Positions 29,817-39,318 of a stretch of 64,000 nucleotides of DNA are shown piece after piece. Position 1 is the stretch's first letter; the number at the start of each line of letters is the position of its first letter. The notes beneath the pieces were generated by a model. The model searched no databases. It was given only the letters and a program-made list of their open reading frames with translations, and had not been told where the DNA came from. The stretch is from assembly GCA_021734165.1 (NCBI GenBank), contig JAIPJL010000001.1:8792-72791 (forward strand). The letters are read 5' to 3'. The position numbers and the translations under genes are program-made. The stretch comes from a bacterium. Its GTDB lineage: Bacteria; Electryoneota; AABM5-125-24; Hatepunaeales; Hatepunaeaceae.

Positions 29817-31613
29817 TCACCGGATTAATTCCACCTTCTGATACCTTACAAATTTATCGCTCTTCAATGAAACGAAATAACTGCCGGACGGCAAAAACCC
29901 GCCATCAAGCATAACTGAATGTTTACCTGTATTAAACCATTTTGAGTCCTCCTTTATTAGTTCACGTCCGTTGATATCGTAAAGTACAATTGTTATCGGT
30001 TGACTGAGCGGATTGAAAAAATCTATGTTCAGTTTAGAATTGAAAGGATTTGGATATGATGAAAACATCTCAAAATCATCAAGTACTGCATATTGTCTGA
30101 ACGAAATAGCGTTTTCATGGTGAAAGTAAAATCTACCTATATCCGCTCTCGTACTGTCCGGATCAAGTGGACTTTCAGGATCACCGGCATCGATACAGGG
30201 CGATCCACGTTGTAGTAATAATAAATCAGGGAACGCAAAAGCCAATAGAGGATCTTCTGTTATGTTGGATTCCTCCAATTCAAATTGAAAATCATTACGC
30301 CTATTAAAGTCGGATAATAAATTATCATAACCCCAAATGCAATTATAGCTAATATCTGGAATGTTTTCCTGCTGATTGAGGGAGAACCAGAAAACTGCGT
30401 TACAGCTTTCCGGACTGAAAAATATGTTATTCACAATCTTGTAATCACACTCTCTGGCTGAAAAACGTATAGCTTGCTCATCTGCGCTATCAGTAATAAT
30501 AGTATTATTAGTAAAAATCACATCTCCAGAACCTCTTGTAAATATATATGGTGAGCCGTAAATCGTGTTTCTTTCAATTATTGTAGTTGTTATCGCATCT
30601 TCCCAAGGTATCCTGAAGAAAAATGCATACTCATCATCATAGGAATTAAAAATATCACATTCTCTGAAATATAATGTTTCACTCTCATCATTCTGTATTC
30701 TGACACTCCCAATCACATGATTGTTTTCAAATCTTGTTGAGTCGTAGTATCGGAAGTCCACAGATCCGCCTATGTAATTATTAGTAATATCAGCGCCATT
30801 TACTATTGTTCCTGATAAGCCTCCACTTATTATATTGTTATAAATTCTTAACCTTCCACCGGATGTACCAAGAATAACATTTCCCTGAATATAACAATCA
30901 AGCATAACACTTGGATTAATATAAACCGTTACGGAATCATTGGGAGATAAAAAGCGGCAATTACGGAATGAAGAACCCAACCAAGCATCAACGGAACCTA
31001 TAATTGTGCAACTATCGAGGATAGTTGCACCAAAAGATCCATTAAAAATTCCCCATTCTTCGCCTGATCCTGTCCTAATATAGCTGTTTATTGCGAAAAA
31101 TCCTGCACACCTAAAAGCTATCCTACTATTTCCGGTAATGTGGCATTTGTTGATCTCATAGTGATCCCTTTCATTTACATTTAGACTTCTAATTGGTCTA
31201 TTATCACTTTGAATGGTGCAGTTATTCAGAAAGATAGTAACCTCATTACTCGAAAGAATAGCATTTATATTATTTCTTATTGCGCAATAATTGAATGTAT
31301 AATCAAAGTCTTGATTACTAATAGTAATTCCTCGCCAAAGCAGATCTTCTTCCTGGGATAAAAACCTGACCGAGTCTTCTTCAGTTCCATTTACAGTTAA
31401 TCCGCCGGATGCAGTTAGACCAAGGCTGTCCGCAAACAGCACCTCCACTCCTGGACCAATCCTCAGTTCTTCATTCTCAGGTATCCATGTCGAGTCAATG
31501 ACGATATACGGGCTGCCTTCAACCGTCCATTCACCCGACACTTCACTTGAGACCTCTGTTTGGGCGAAGGTTTTTAAGGGGAAAAAGGCAAGAAATATTG
31601 CAAGAATAATCAT
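29817..31613 (-). CDS. Secreted right-handed beta-helix protein with C-terminal sorting domain
   Basis: Signal peptide, GSPY/PGV, Asn-rich beta-helix repeats, SPCIDAGDP...DIG, YPNPFN. Confidence 0.82.
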   Translation of the reverse strand: MIILAIFLAFFPLKTFAQTEVSSEVSGEWTVEGSPYIVIDSTWIPENEELRIGPGVEVLFADSLGLTASGGLTVNGTEEDSVRFLSQEEDLLWRGITISNQDFDYTFNYCAIRNNINAILSSNEVTIFLNNCTIQSDNRPIRSLNVNERDHYEINKCHITGNSRIAFRCAGFFAINSYIRTGSGEEWGIFNGSFGATILDSCTIIGSVDAWLGSSFRNCRFLSPNDSVTVYINPSVMLDCYIQGNVILGTSGGRLRIYNNIISGGLSGTIVNGADITNNYIGGSVDFRYYDSTRFENNHVIGSVRIQNDESETLYFRECDIFNSYDDEYAFFFRIPWEDAITTTIIERNTIYGSPYIFTRGSGDVIFTNNTIITDSADEQAIRFSARECDYKIVNNIFFSPESCNAVFWFSLNQQENIPDISYNCIWGYDNLLSDFNRRNDFQFELEESNITEDPLLAFAFPDLLLLQRGSPCIDAGDPESPLDPDSTRADIGRFYFHHENAISFRQYAVLDDFEMFSSYPNPFNSKLNIDFFNPLSQPITIVLYDINGRELIKEDSKWFNTGKHSVMLDGGFLPSGSYFVSLKSDKFVRYQKVELIR

Positions 31614-31886
31614 GGTGTACCTAAATTCAACACAAAGCACATAATAAATCCTTGAAAAAGGTTCACTTCTTAAAAACAACATCTATTCCATGTACTATGG
31701 TTAATCTAAACCTGAAAATCAGCTTTAGCAAGACACTTATTCAATAAATAATTACTATGTAGTACTAATCTGCTTCATCTGTTGTATCTGATTAGAAAAA
31801 ATCTTTCTAATTTATAACTATAATACAAAATCCATAGTTATAAATAATTAAATCCTGATAATCCTGTCTATCCTTGTTAAGCATTC

Positions 31887-31967
31887 CGTCACGTTCCGTC
31901 ACATTTCCGTCACACCATCTAACCCATACCCAGTATGTCTTTCCGGCGATTCTGTGACGATGTGACG
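31887..31967 (-). repeat. Dispersed CGTCAC-box element, copy 2
   Basis: CGTCAC at 31887, 31897, 31908; 40-nt spacer containing CTAACCC; GTGACG at 31954, 31962. Confidence 0.9.
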
Positions 31968-32012
31968 ATAATTTTGCCTACCCGGAATCTTTGTCGAAAA
32001 TTGCGTCGAGAT

Positions 32013-32041
32013 TTGACTTTTATAGAAAAATGTTGTATATT
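32013..32041 (+). promoter_or_regulatory. Orphan sigma70-type promoter
   Basis: TTGACT-N17-TATATT with no long downstream gene on the + strand. Confidence 0.55.
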
Positions 32042-32113
32042 GTCACTATGTCACATGACGAACTTTGCTCTTTAAATCACAGGCAGAGACGCCTACGCTA
32101 CGTTTATGGTTTT

Positions 32114-32137
32114 GACAAGCATTCTTGCTTGTCCTAC
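32114..32137. repeat. REP-like GTAGGACAA palindrome
   Basis: Related copies at 43992-44015, 51604-51627 and 51659-51681. Confidence 0.75.
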
Positions 32138-32181
32138 TGTTAACAAACCCTTCTTTCTAACTTTCTTACTTGTTTCCTTTC

Positions 32182-34461
32182 TCACTTAATAAGCGTCACC
32201 GCTCTGCTTATTATACCATTCGAGTGCCTGATCTGAACCAGGTAATTGCCTGATGGATTATCAAGAGCAGACCAAGATAAACTGTGCTGTCCGGCTGTGA
32301 ATTCATTGTCAGCGATGGTATCGATAAGCCTGCCAGATAGATCGAAGACTTCGACGGATACCTTACCGCTGCGTTCCATGGAGAAGCCTATATTTACGTT
32401 GCTGTTAAAAGGATTAGGATATGGGTTGACAACACTGAAATCGGTCGGAGTCTGATCCTGAATCGGTACATGGGAGTAAATCTCTTCAAATAATCCTTCA
32501 CCCTGCACTGCGTACCAGCGTTTGTCTATTTCCACATCGTAATAACGGTCAACGTCTCCTCCAACCCAGGTTACGACCAGTGAATCACAGTTTTCGTTAT
32601 CACCCAGTCCGAAGTGCATACAGATCATGTTCTGGCTGCCCTGGGAACCGGTTCCGCCCTCAACCTGTCTTAAATAGTGATCATCACCGCAGTGAACTGT
32701 GGCTTGCGTGCCGAATGCCGCTTTGTTGGCAGTAACGCCGCGCGCTTCGATCTGAAGCCAATGCCCCACTTCGCAGTTATTCTGGAATAAACCGTCCGTA
32801 CCGCCAATCGCAAGATCGAGGTCACCGTCATGGTCGTAATCGCACCAGGTTGCAGCATCTGAGTTATAGCATTTGGTTTGGAAACCGAGTTCGTAGTTGA
32901 CATTGCTGAACGTATCATCGCCGTTATTGCGATACATGAAAGGCTGTCGTCCTGGATAAGTTGCAGAGATAAACAAATCCTGCAAACCGTTGTTGTCGTA
33001 ATCACCCCAGGCAGGGCAGAAGACCGTTTCACAGTAGGCGATACCGGAACCTTCGCGGATGTCTTCAAATGTGTAATCAGGATGACCACTGTTTTTGCAT
33101 AGCATGACTTTATCCTGGTAGTCAAGCCCCCAGGGATGCGCAAAGTTACCGACCAGCAGATCAAAGTCAAGGTCGTTATCATAGTCCGCCCAGGCGGAGC
33201 CGATTGTATGACCGTAAGAACCCCGCTGGTTATAGCCCTGCAACCCGCCGCGTTCGTTAGCTTCGTTTTCAAACTCCAGATCGCCCTGGTTGACCCAGAG
33301 GTAATTCGGCTGCAGCCGGTAGTTAGAGATATAGACGTCCATGTCGTGATCCATATCGAAATCGCACCAGGCAACGCTCCTGCCGTAGTAACGGAGTCGC
33401 TGGAGTTCATCCGGCGTTATCTCGTAAAAGATTCTGTCGCGCGGATCGAAAGCGAAGAAGTAATCGCAATAATGTACGAAATTATTATTGATCTCATACT
33501 CTGAGTTGGCTATGTAAATTTCAAGACATCCATCTCCATTCGCATCACCCCAGCCACAACCCGCAGTTGGATTGTAGCCGTAGTTGAACCAGTATTCGTC
33601 ATTAACCATGTCAAAAGTGCCGTCACCGTTGTTGCGGTAAAGCCTATCCTCCGCGTCATCTCTGCTGTTACCGGCGTAGAAATCGAGCCAGCCATCATTG
33701 TCAAAGTCTCCCCAAGTGCCTGTTCCACCCGGATTGTCTTCGAGAATGCCTGCTTCTTCGGATATGTATTCAAACGTCCCGTCACCGTTGTTTCTGTAAA
33801 GTGTTTTCCCGCTGACGAGTAAGTCTTCCCAACCGTCGTTGTTGTAATCACCCCAGGCATGGTTTCCCAATCTATGGATTCCGATGTCTGCGGAGACATT
33901 GACAAAGGGAAATTCTTCTATTTCATCGAAGTACTCGACAGTTGCCCTGACCATGAAATTCCCATTGATAGTGTGCCAGAGATCTCTTCCGAGACTTGCG
34001 TTATATGTCCAGAGATGGGAGCGCTGCTCGAAGTCATTTTCGGAGTTATCGACCAATATGGTTGGACCGCCTTCACTACAGACAATCCCAACATGGAAGT
34101 CCTGCGGAGGATTAAATGTTAGTCCGGCTTCAGTTAAGTCAACCTCAATCCATGTATTACCAGATTCGACTTCGATTTCCATTGGATCGACCAGGTCGTT
34201 GTTCTGGTCCGGTTCGTGAGCGCCGTTATCGCCCCAGACGTGCAGGTTGATTGTTCCTGAATCTGTTAAATACAACCTGACTGACAGCAGACTGCATGGG
34301 TGAACGGGTGAGAAACTGACGCCTTCCATGTTTTCTTCGTCCAAATCCTGAAAAGAACCGTGTGCGTTACCGTTGTCGTAGATCAGTTCAACAGGATCGG
34401 CAAATGAATTTGTGATAGTAAGCAGCAATGCAAGTATAATCAGTAAAAATGTTTGTTTCAT
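32182..34461 (-). CDS. Secreted FG-GAP/VCBS + ASPIC/UnbV (CRTAC1-like) protein with C-terminal sorting domain
   Basis: Repeated WGD(Y/F)xNDGxxD and LYRNNGDGTF; HFGLG; YPNPFN. Confidence 0.9.
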   Translation of the reverse strand: MKQTFLLIILALLLTITNSFADPVELIYDNGNAHGSFQDLDEENMEGVSFSPVHPCSLLSVRLYLTDSGTINLHVWGDNGAHEPDQNNDLVDPMEIEVESGNTWIEVDLTEAGLTFNPPQDFHVGIVCSEGGPTILVDNSENDFEQRSHLWTYNASLGRDLWHTINGNFMVRATVEYFDEIEEFPFVNVSADIGIHRLGNHAWGDYNNDGWEDLLVSGKTLYRNNGDGTFEYISEEAGILEDNPGGTGTWGDFDNDGWLDFYAGNSRDDAEDRLYRNNGDGTFDMVNDEYWFNYGYNPTAGCGWGDANGDGCLEIYIANSEYEINNNFVHYCDYFFAFDPRDRIFYEITPDELQRLRYYGRSVAWCDFDMDHDMDVYISNYRLQPNYLWVNQGDLEFENEANERGGLQGYNQRGSYGHTIGSAWADYDNDLDFDLLVGNFAHPWGLDYQDKVMLCKNSGHPDYTFEDIREGSGIAYCETVFCPAWGDYDNNGLQDLFISATYPGRQPFMYRNNGDDTFSNVNYELGFQTKCYNSDAATWCDYDHDGDLDLAIGGTDGLFQNNCEVGHWLQIEARGVTANKAAFGTQATVHCGDDHYLRQVEGGTGSQGSQNMICMHFGLGDNENCDSLVVTWVGGDVDRYYDVEIDKRWYAVQGEGLFEEIYSHVPIQDQTPTDFSVVNPYPNPFNSNVNIGFSMERSGKVSVEVFDLSGRLIDTIADNEFTAGQHSLSWSALDNPSGNYLVQIRHSNGIISRAVTLIK

Positions 34462-34624
34462 CTTAAACCTCCGTATGTATTTTTAAATACTAAAGAACTT
34501 CAAAATCTAAAATAAAAGCGTGGCACAGTCAGCACTGTTAATCTGAGCAAAGCGAAGAAGCTCCTTCATTATCCCGCCCCCCCTACTACTCAGTTTGTGC
34601 GGGAATATGTAAAATCGCCAGAAC

Positions 34625-34710
34625 TGTCATTCCTGCGCAGGCAGGAATCTAAAAGGGTTATGTACTTAATAATTAAGCAGATATGGATTCCGGCTTTCGT
34701 CGGAACGACA
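34625..34710. repeat. REP-like inverted pair (GTCATTCC...GGAATC family)
   Basis: TGTCATTCCTGCGCAGGCAGGAATCT ... TGGATTCCGGCTTTCGTCGGAACGACA; variant half at 44116-44143. Confidence 0.75.
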
Positions 34711-34741
34711 CACTATCGCAATATTTCAAAGAACTCATTAT

Positions 34742-37700
34742 TTATTTCAAAAGAACTATCTTCCTCTCCAGCTTTGTGTCCCCCGCATCCAATCTCACAA
34801 TATACTGCCCGGCAGCGAGGGTCTCGGCATGTAAAGTCAGTTGATGGCTGCCTGCGACGACCTTTTTGTTAGCCAATTGCCTGACCAATCGTCCCGTTAC
34901 ATCATAAAGCGCGATTTTGACTTTTCCGTCTGATTTGGCAGTGTAGCTTATCATCGTCTGTGAGTTGAACGGATTGGGGTATATGCTGTCTATTGTGTAA
35001 TCAGACGGCTGAGTAGTTTTACTTTCCCTTGATCCCGGTACGCTCAGGTGTTCGTCATCAACGCGCTGGCAATACAAATCGTAATAACCGTTTTTCCCTG
35101 AACCGCGAGCATCTAGCCAGGAAACCACGATTCCCGATTCTCCTCCTTCGGTAAGAATCGCTGCCATGGCTGTAATTTTATTCAACCCGGTTTCACAGAT
35201 GGGATTTCCACCTTCGGACCAGGATTCGTAAAATTCACCATCCGGATTGAAATGAATTCCATAAATATCATAGCCTCGCATGGAACGATAGTCTTTCCAA
35301 ACTACCCACAAACCTCCATTATGATCGGTCTTAACATCAAAATCTTCCTGGAGACTTTCAAAATCTATGACTGGTCTGCCATCCTCGCCGAACAGCAATT
35401 CTGGCGCTCCGCCACTTGGATCTATTTTCTGCATAATTATATCATTCGTGCATTCCCACAGTACCCAAATGAAACCATCACTATCAACTACAGTTTTTGG
35501 GGAATGCTGGAATTCGATAGATCCACAGATCATGGTTCCATTATCATCCCACCGGAGCTCGCCATCCGCTTCAATAAATTGACCGTAAATACCGTCCTGA
35601 TCTTGAACTCGCCTGTCATCCCATACGAAAAAGAAGCCTTCAGGATGCCACACAACCTGAGGATCGCGTTGCCTTTCCTGAGAACTGCAAAGGATTATTG
35701 GTTCGTCTCCCCAGAGCGGATTCCCCTCAGCATCCAATCTTTGGGCACGCAACTGCATGTTGCGATCCTCTGTCTGAAGTCTCCAGACGATGACAGCACC
35801 CCCCTCCCCATCGCCAGCGATCTGCACATCTTTCTCCTCAGGCTCGGAGGACGTAATTCTCTCGCCGATTTCTCCCCAGAGCCTCTCGCCCTCAGCGTTG
35901 ATTCGCTGTGCATAAATATCATCTGCAGAAACAACCCACGCAACTATTACACCTTCATTCCCATCAGTGCAGATAACAGGATCATCCTGATCGTACTCGT
36001 AGTCAGACACCATAATCCCCTCGGGAGCCCACAATAATTCTCCCTCGCACGAAATGCGTTGTGCCAAGATATTACTCCAGGTATAGCCATCAGGATTGTC
36101 TCCCCACACGATAATAACACCACCGTCACCATCCTGTATCCCACTCAGGTGTTCGGAACCCATAACATCCCCTTCTACTGCCGCTATACCGTCATCTTCA
36201 AATTCGAAAAAAACTGAATCGCCAGCATCATGTCCAAACTGCACATAAGGACGCGCACTATGCACACCTTTTATCTGTTCAATCCATGCAGCAGCGAAAT
36301 TTCCCTCACCGAAACCCACTATGATTTGCTCGCTGATACCCTCGTCAAAGCCAGTGATAAACTCCATACCTTCACCGTCCCACTCAAATTCACCATCAAG
36401 ATCAATATATTGCATTCTGACTTTTTCGATTTGATCTGACTCGTCGCTCCATACAACAGAACACCTATTTCCACCAAGCTGATTAACTACCGGGAAGCCC
36501 TGAAAATACTCCCCGCCCTGAATTAAGATGCCGTTCTCCTCCCACACCGTTTCACCATCATTGTTGATTCGCTGCGCGAAAACATCGTCACGATTTTCAT
36601 CATAATCCCTTCTATACGACCATACGATATATACACCGCCTTCGTTATCAGGGCAAAGCTTGGGTTCACATAGCAAATCCTGTATTTCGTAATCTGTCGT
36701 CATAGCCGGAACTCCACCTTCTGAATCCCAATCGAGGGAGAGTTCATCTTCACCCGATATGCGCATCGCATAGATGCCGAGAATGACACTATTCTCAGCA
36801 AACTCGCTCCAGCATAACACTGACTGCCCCTGACCCATTGTGATGATATTTAATTTGCGTTGATCACCGTCAGCTATGCAGACAGGCGCGCCTTCTTCAC
36901 CCCAGATAAGTTCACCATCGGGGTTTATTCGCTGGGCATAGATATCATTACCTGTTTCCTCAGTGTTTCTCGAATCAACCCAAACAACAATAACACCCCC
37001 GGCTCCATCTGTGCAAAGTTTTGACCAGCGTTGATGAGAATTATTATCACACGCAATAATTCCCTGATCATCACCCCAAAGCAACTCCCCCGCCGCAGAT
37101 ACTCTCTGTAACTGGATATCGTAGGATGCCTGCCTTGAACCACCCGTCCAACTGTATATTATACCTCCATCACCATCGCTAATCGCATCGTCCCATTGTA
37201 GAGGCATCCCTTCTTCTGACCAATCGGGATCGGGACGTCCATCTGCTGTGATGTGATGTACGAACCGATCTATAATATGAGTGAATGTTCGCTTTATGAA
37301 AATGAAGCAACCACCCTCGCCATCATCTATTATCTTCTCACAAAGGTATTCACGTTCATCTTCAAGAATCAATAACCCACCCTCATCCGCTCCCCAAACA
37401 GCTTCACTGTCCTCTGTAACCTTAGTACAATATAGATCACCTTCCCAGTTATTTCTGCGATCGCTCCAAAATAAGTACCATCCACCATCAGAGGAAGCTC
37501 CAATCATCGGAACATCTACGCTGGATGTTAGATCCAAAACTTGCAGCCCCTCATCAGGGAATTTCATCTCACCCTCAGGATCTATAACCTGCAACACTAT
37601 CCCTCTATAACCGGATCGTGCATCAGTCCAGACATAGCCTACTTCACCGACAAGTTCTCCTTCATTACGACGAACTCCATTCGGGTTCCATTCTGTATGC

Positions 37701-37825
37701 AAACTCAGTCTAACAGGAACGCCATTTTCCGGCTGCCAGCGTCGAAAATCGTTCTGGGCGAAGACTGTTGTAAATGTGAATAGGATGAATATGAAAGTTG
37801 CTGATTTCTTTATATTGTGATGCAT
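34742..37825 (-). CDS. Large secreted repeat protein (DGxGG..W.D.R...DIYAQR repeats) with C-terminal sorting domain
   Basis: Signal peptide, many roughly 60-aa acidic repeats, YPNPFN. Confidence 0.85.
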   Translation of the reverse strand: MHHNIKKSATFIFILFTFTTVFAQNDFRRWQPENGVPVRLSLHTEWNPNGVRRNEGELVGEVGYVWTDARSGYRGIVLQVIDPEGEMKFPDEGLQVLDLTSSVDVPMIGASSDGGWYLFWSDRRNNWEGDLYCTKVTEDSEAVWGADEGGLLILEDEREYLCEKIIDDGEGGCFIFIKRTFTHIIDRFVHHITADGRPDPDWSEEGMPLQWDDAISDGDGGIIYSWTGGSRQASYDIQLQRVSAAGELLWGDDQGIIACDNNSHQRWSKLCTDGAGGVIVVWVDSRNTEETGNDIYAQRINPDGELIWGEEGAPVCIADGDQRKLNIITMGQGQSVLCWSEFAENSVILGIYAMRISGEDELSLDWDSEGGVPAMTTDYEIQDLLCEPKLCPDNEGGVYIVWSYRRDYDENRDDVFAQRINNDGETVWEENGILIQGGEYFQGFPVVNQLGGNRCSVVWSDESDQIEKVRMQYIDLDGEFEWDGEGMEFITGFDEGISEQIIVGFGEGNFAAAWIEQIKGVHSARPYVQFGHDAGDSVFFEFEDDGIAAVEGDVMGSEHLSGIQDGDGGVIIVWGDNPDGYTWSNILAQRISCEGELLWAPEGIMVSDYEYDQDDPVICTDGNEGVIVAWVVSADDIYAQRINAEGERLWGEIGERITSSEPEEKDVQIAGDGEGGAVIVWRLQTEDRNMQLRAQRLDAEGNPLWGDEPIILCSSQERQRDPQVVWHPEGFFFVWDDRRVQDQDGIYGQFIEADGELRWDDNGTMICGSIEFQHSPKTVVDSDGFIWVLWECTNDIIMQKIDPSGGAPELLFGEDGRPVIDFESLQEDFDVKTDHNGGLWVVWKDYRSMRGYDIYGIHFNPDGEFYESWSEGGNPICETGLNKITAMAAILTEGGESGIVVSWLDARGSGKNGYYDLYCQRVDDEHLSVPGSRESKTTQPSDYTIDSIYPNPFNSQTMISYTAKSDGKVKIALYDVTGRLVRQLANKKVVAGSHQLTLHAETLAAGQYIVRLDAGDTKLERKIVLLK

Positions 37826-37851
37826 GATATTCTCCTGTCTGTTGAAAGTTT

Positions 37852-37897
37852 AGAGTTCACGCTTCAGCGTGTTCCAACAGACTGAGGGCTGAACTCT
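37852..37897. repeat. REP-like palindrome
   Basis: AGAGTTCACGCTTCAGCGTG...TGAACTCT. Confidence 0.55.
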
Positions 37898-37912
37898 GAA
37901 TAATTTATTTCA

Positions 37913-39031
37913 CTATAACGTTCTATCTTTCCATTTCACTTTCCCAACCATTGACAAAGGCAATAAAATAGTAAAAATCAACGGGGATACAATTTCCGCT
38001 AAAAACCAGGATAATAACCAATCATGTTCACGTAATAACCTGGCGCCGCGTGATAATGCCAGCCCGTCGATGCATGCTTTCGCTCCCCAGACCGCTGCAA
38101 TGGTACCCGGATCATAACTGCCGTACGCTGCCATTATTGCCGTAATTATCAGCAGAGGATTGAAAGCGTATAGAAAAATCCCGATAGCAATAAGAGCGGG
38201 ATTGTATCGTTTGCCTGCCGAATAATGACGGCGTTTCATTTGCCACCAGCCCCTCAGCGTCTGTTGTCCCAGGGCAGGCACGAACGATCGCGGATCGATG
38301 TTGAATACAGCATTGCCGCCGTTTTTCACGATGCGCTGTAATAACAAGTCATCATCTCCTGAAGCAGTTGTTAATCCTGACCCAAATCCTCCGACTTTGT
38401 TAAAAGCAGTCCTAAGATAAGCGAAATTACGCCCGACAGAACTGCTGGCTTTCCCAAGTCCGAGAGTGCCGGCGGAGATTACAGCGTTTATAAAACCGTC
38501 GAAATGAACCAGAGAGCTGATTAATCCAATCTCATGGAGTGGTGAATGACCAACCACAGCATCTGTGTCCGGCTTAAAACATCCTGTCATACTCCTCAGC
38601 CATCCATGAGGAGGCTGGCAGTCGGCGTCGGTGGTCAGGATTATATCTCCGGTCGAAGCATTAATTCCCGTAAGAAGTGTATGTTTTTTTGGTGCAACTC
38701 CCGCTGGTGCCGGCTCAGCCTGTAATAATCTGAATCCGGGCGTTGTATTAATAAACTCTTCAATGATTTCGGCAGTGCGGTCAGTTGAATTATCATTAAT
38801 GATTATATATTCTCGCAGATCGGAGGGGTAATTCTGCTCAGACAGCGCTTTAAGGCATTTCAGAATGTTTTGTTCTTCATTACGTGCAGCCACAAGTACG
38901 CTTACACTCGGCAGAGAGGCGCTCGATACACGTCGTAACCTGCCGAGTCCAATTGCCAGAAGAAACACAGCAACAACCCAGACAGATCCGCAGAATAGAA
39001 GCAGATAGAAGGTGATTGTGGTTAGCGTCAA
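37913..39031 (-). CDS. GT2 family membrane glycosyltransferase (paralog of 22878-24029)
   Basis: AARNEE, NDNSTD, TDADC, ASGDDD. Confidence 0.9.
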   Translation of the reverse strand: MTLTTITFYLLLFCGSVWVVAVFLLAIGLGRLRRVSSASLPSVSVLVAARNEEQNILKCLKALSEQNYPSDLREYIIINDNSTDRTAEIIEEFINTTPGFRLLQAEPAPAGVAPKKHTLLTGINASTGDIILTTDADCQPPHGWLRSMTGCFKPDTDAVVGHSPLHEIGLISSLVHFDGFINAVISAGTLGLGKASSSVGRNFAYLRTAFNKVGGFGSGLTTASGDDDLLLQRIVKNGGNAVFNIDPRSFVPALGQQTLRGWWQMKRRHYSAGKRYNPALIAIGIFLYAFNPLLIITAIMAAYGSYDPGTIAAVWGAKACIDGLALSRGARLLREHDWLLSWFLAEIVSPLIFTILLPLSMVGKVKWKDRTL

Positions 39032-39213
39032 AGTAAATGTAGTTTCTATGTCATTGAGTAAACAAACGTTATAATTTCAATATATAACAACATTAACGTA
39101 TTAGCAACATTACTGTTCAGATGGTTAAATAATTATAGGGAGAAAACAAAAGAAAAATTAACTAATCATGTTCATAATTGCTTTTATCAGAATGCTATTC
39201 ACAAGCCGTTTGG

Positions 39214-39242
39214 TTGCATTCTATACCCATCCTTGTTATATT
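39214..39242 (+). promoter_or_regulatory. gyrA promoter
   Basis: TTGCAT-N17-TATATT. Confidence 0.7.
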
Positions 39243-39318
39243 TGTAACAAGGGATTTTGTCTTTAGAATCTCTATTATCCATAAGTAATAACAGCTAAAT
39301 AGGAAACACGCTTTAGTA

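Noticed and set aside
31850..31880. AATCCTGATAATCCTGTC short repeat as a separate element
   Set aside because: Single degenerate occurrence in the window; too little support
32670..36037. Long alternative-frame and antisense ORFs (e.g. 32670-33410, 35252-36037; also 14061-14723)
   Set aside because: Shadows of well-supported genes caused by codon bias
39032..39318. Rex operator upstream of gyrA-rex
   Set aside because: Only a half-site (TTCACAA); no TTGTGAA-N4-TTCACAA palindrome
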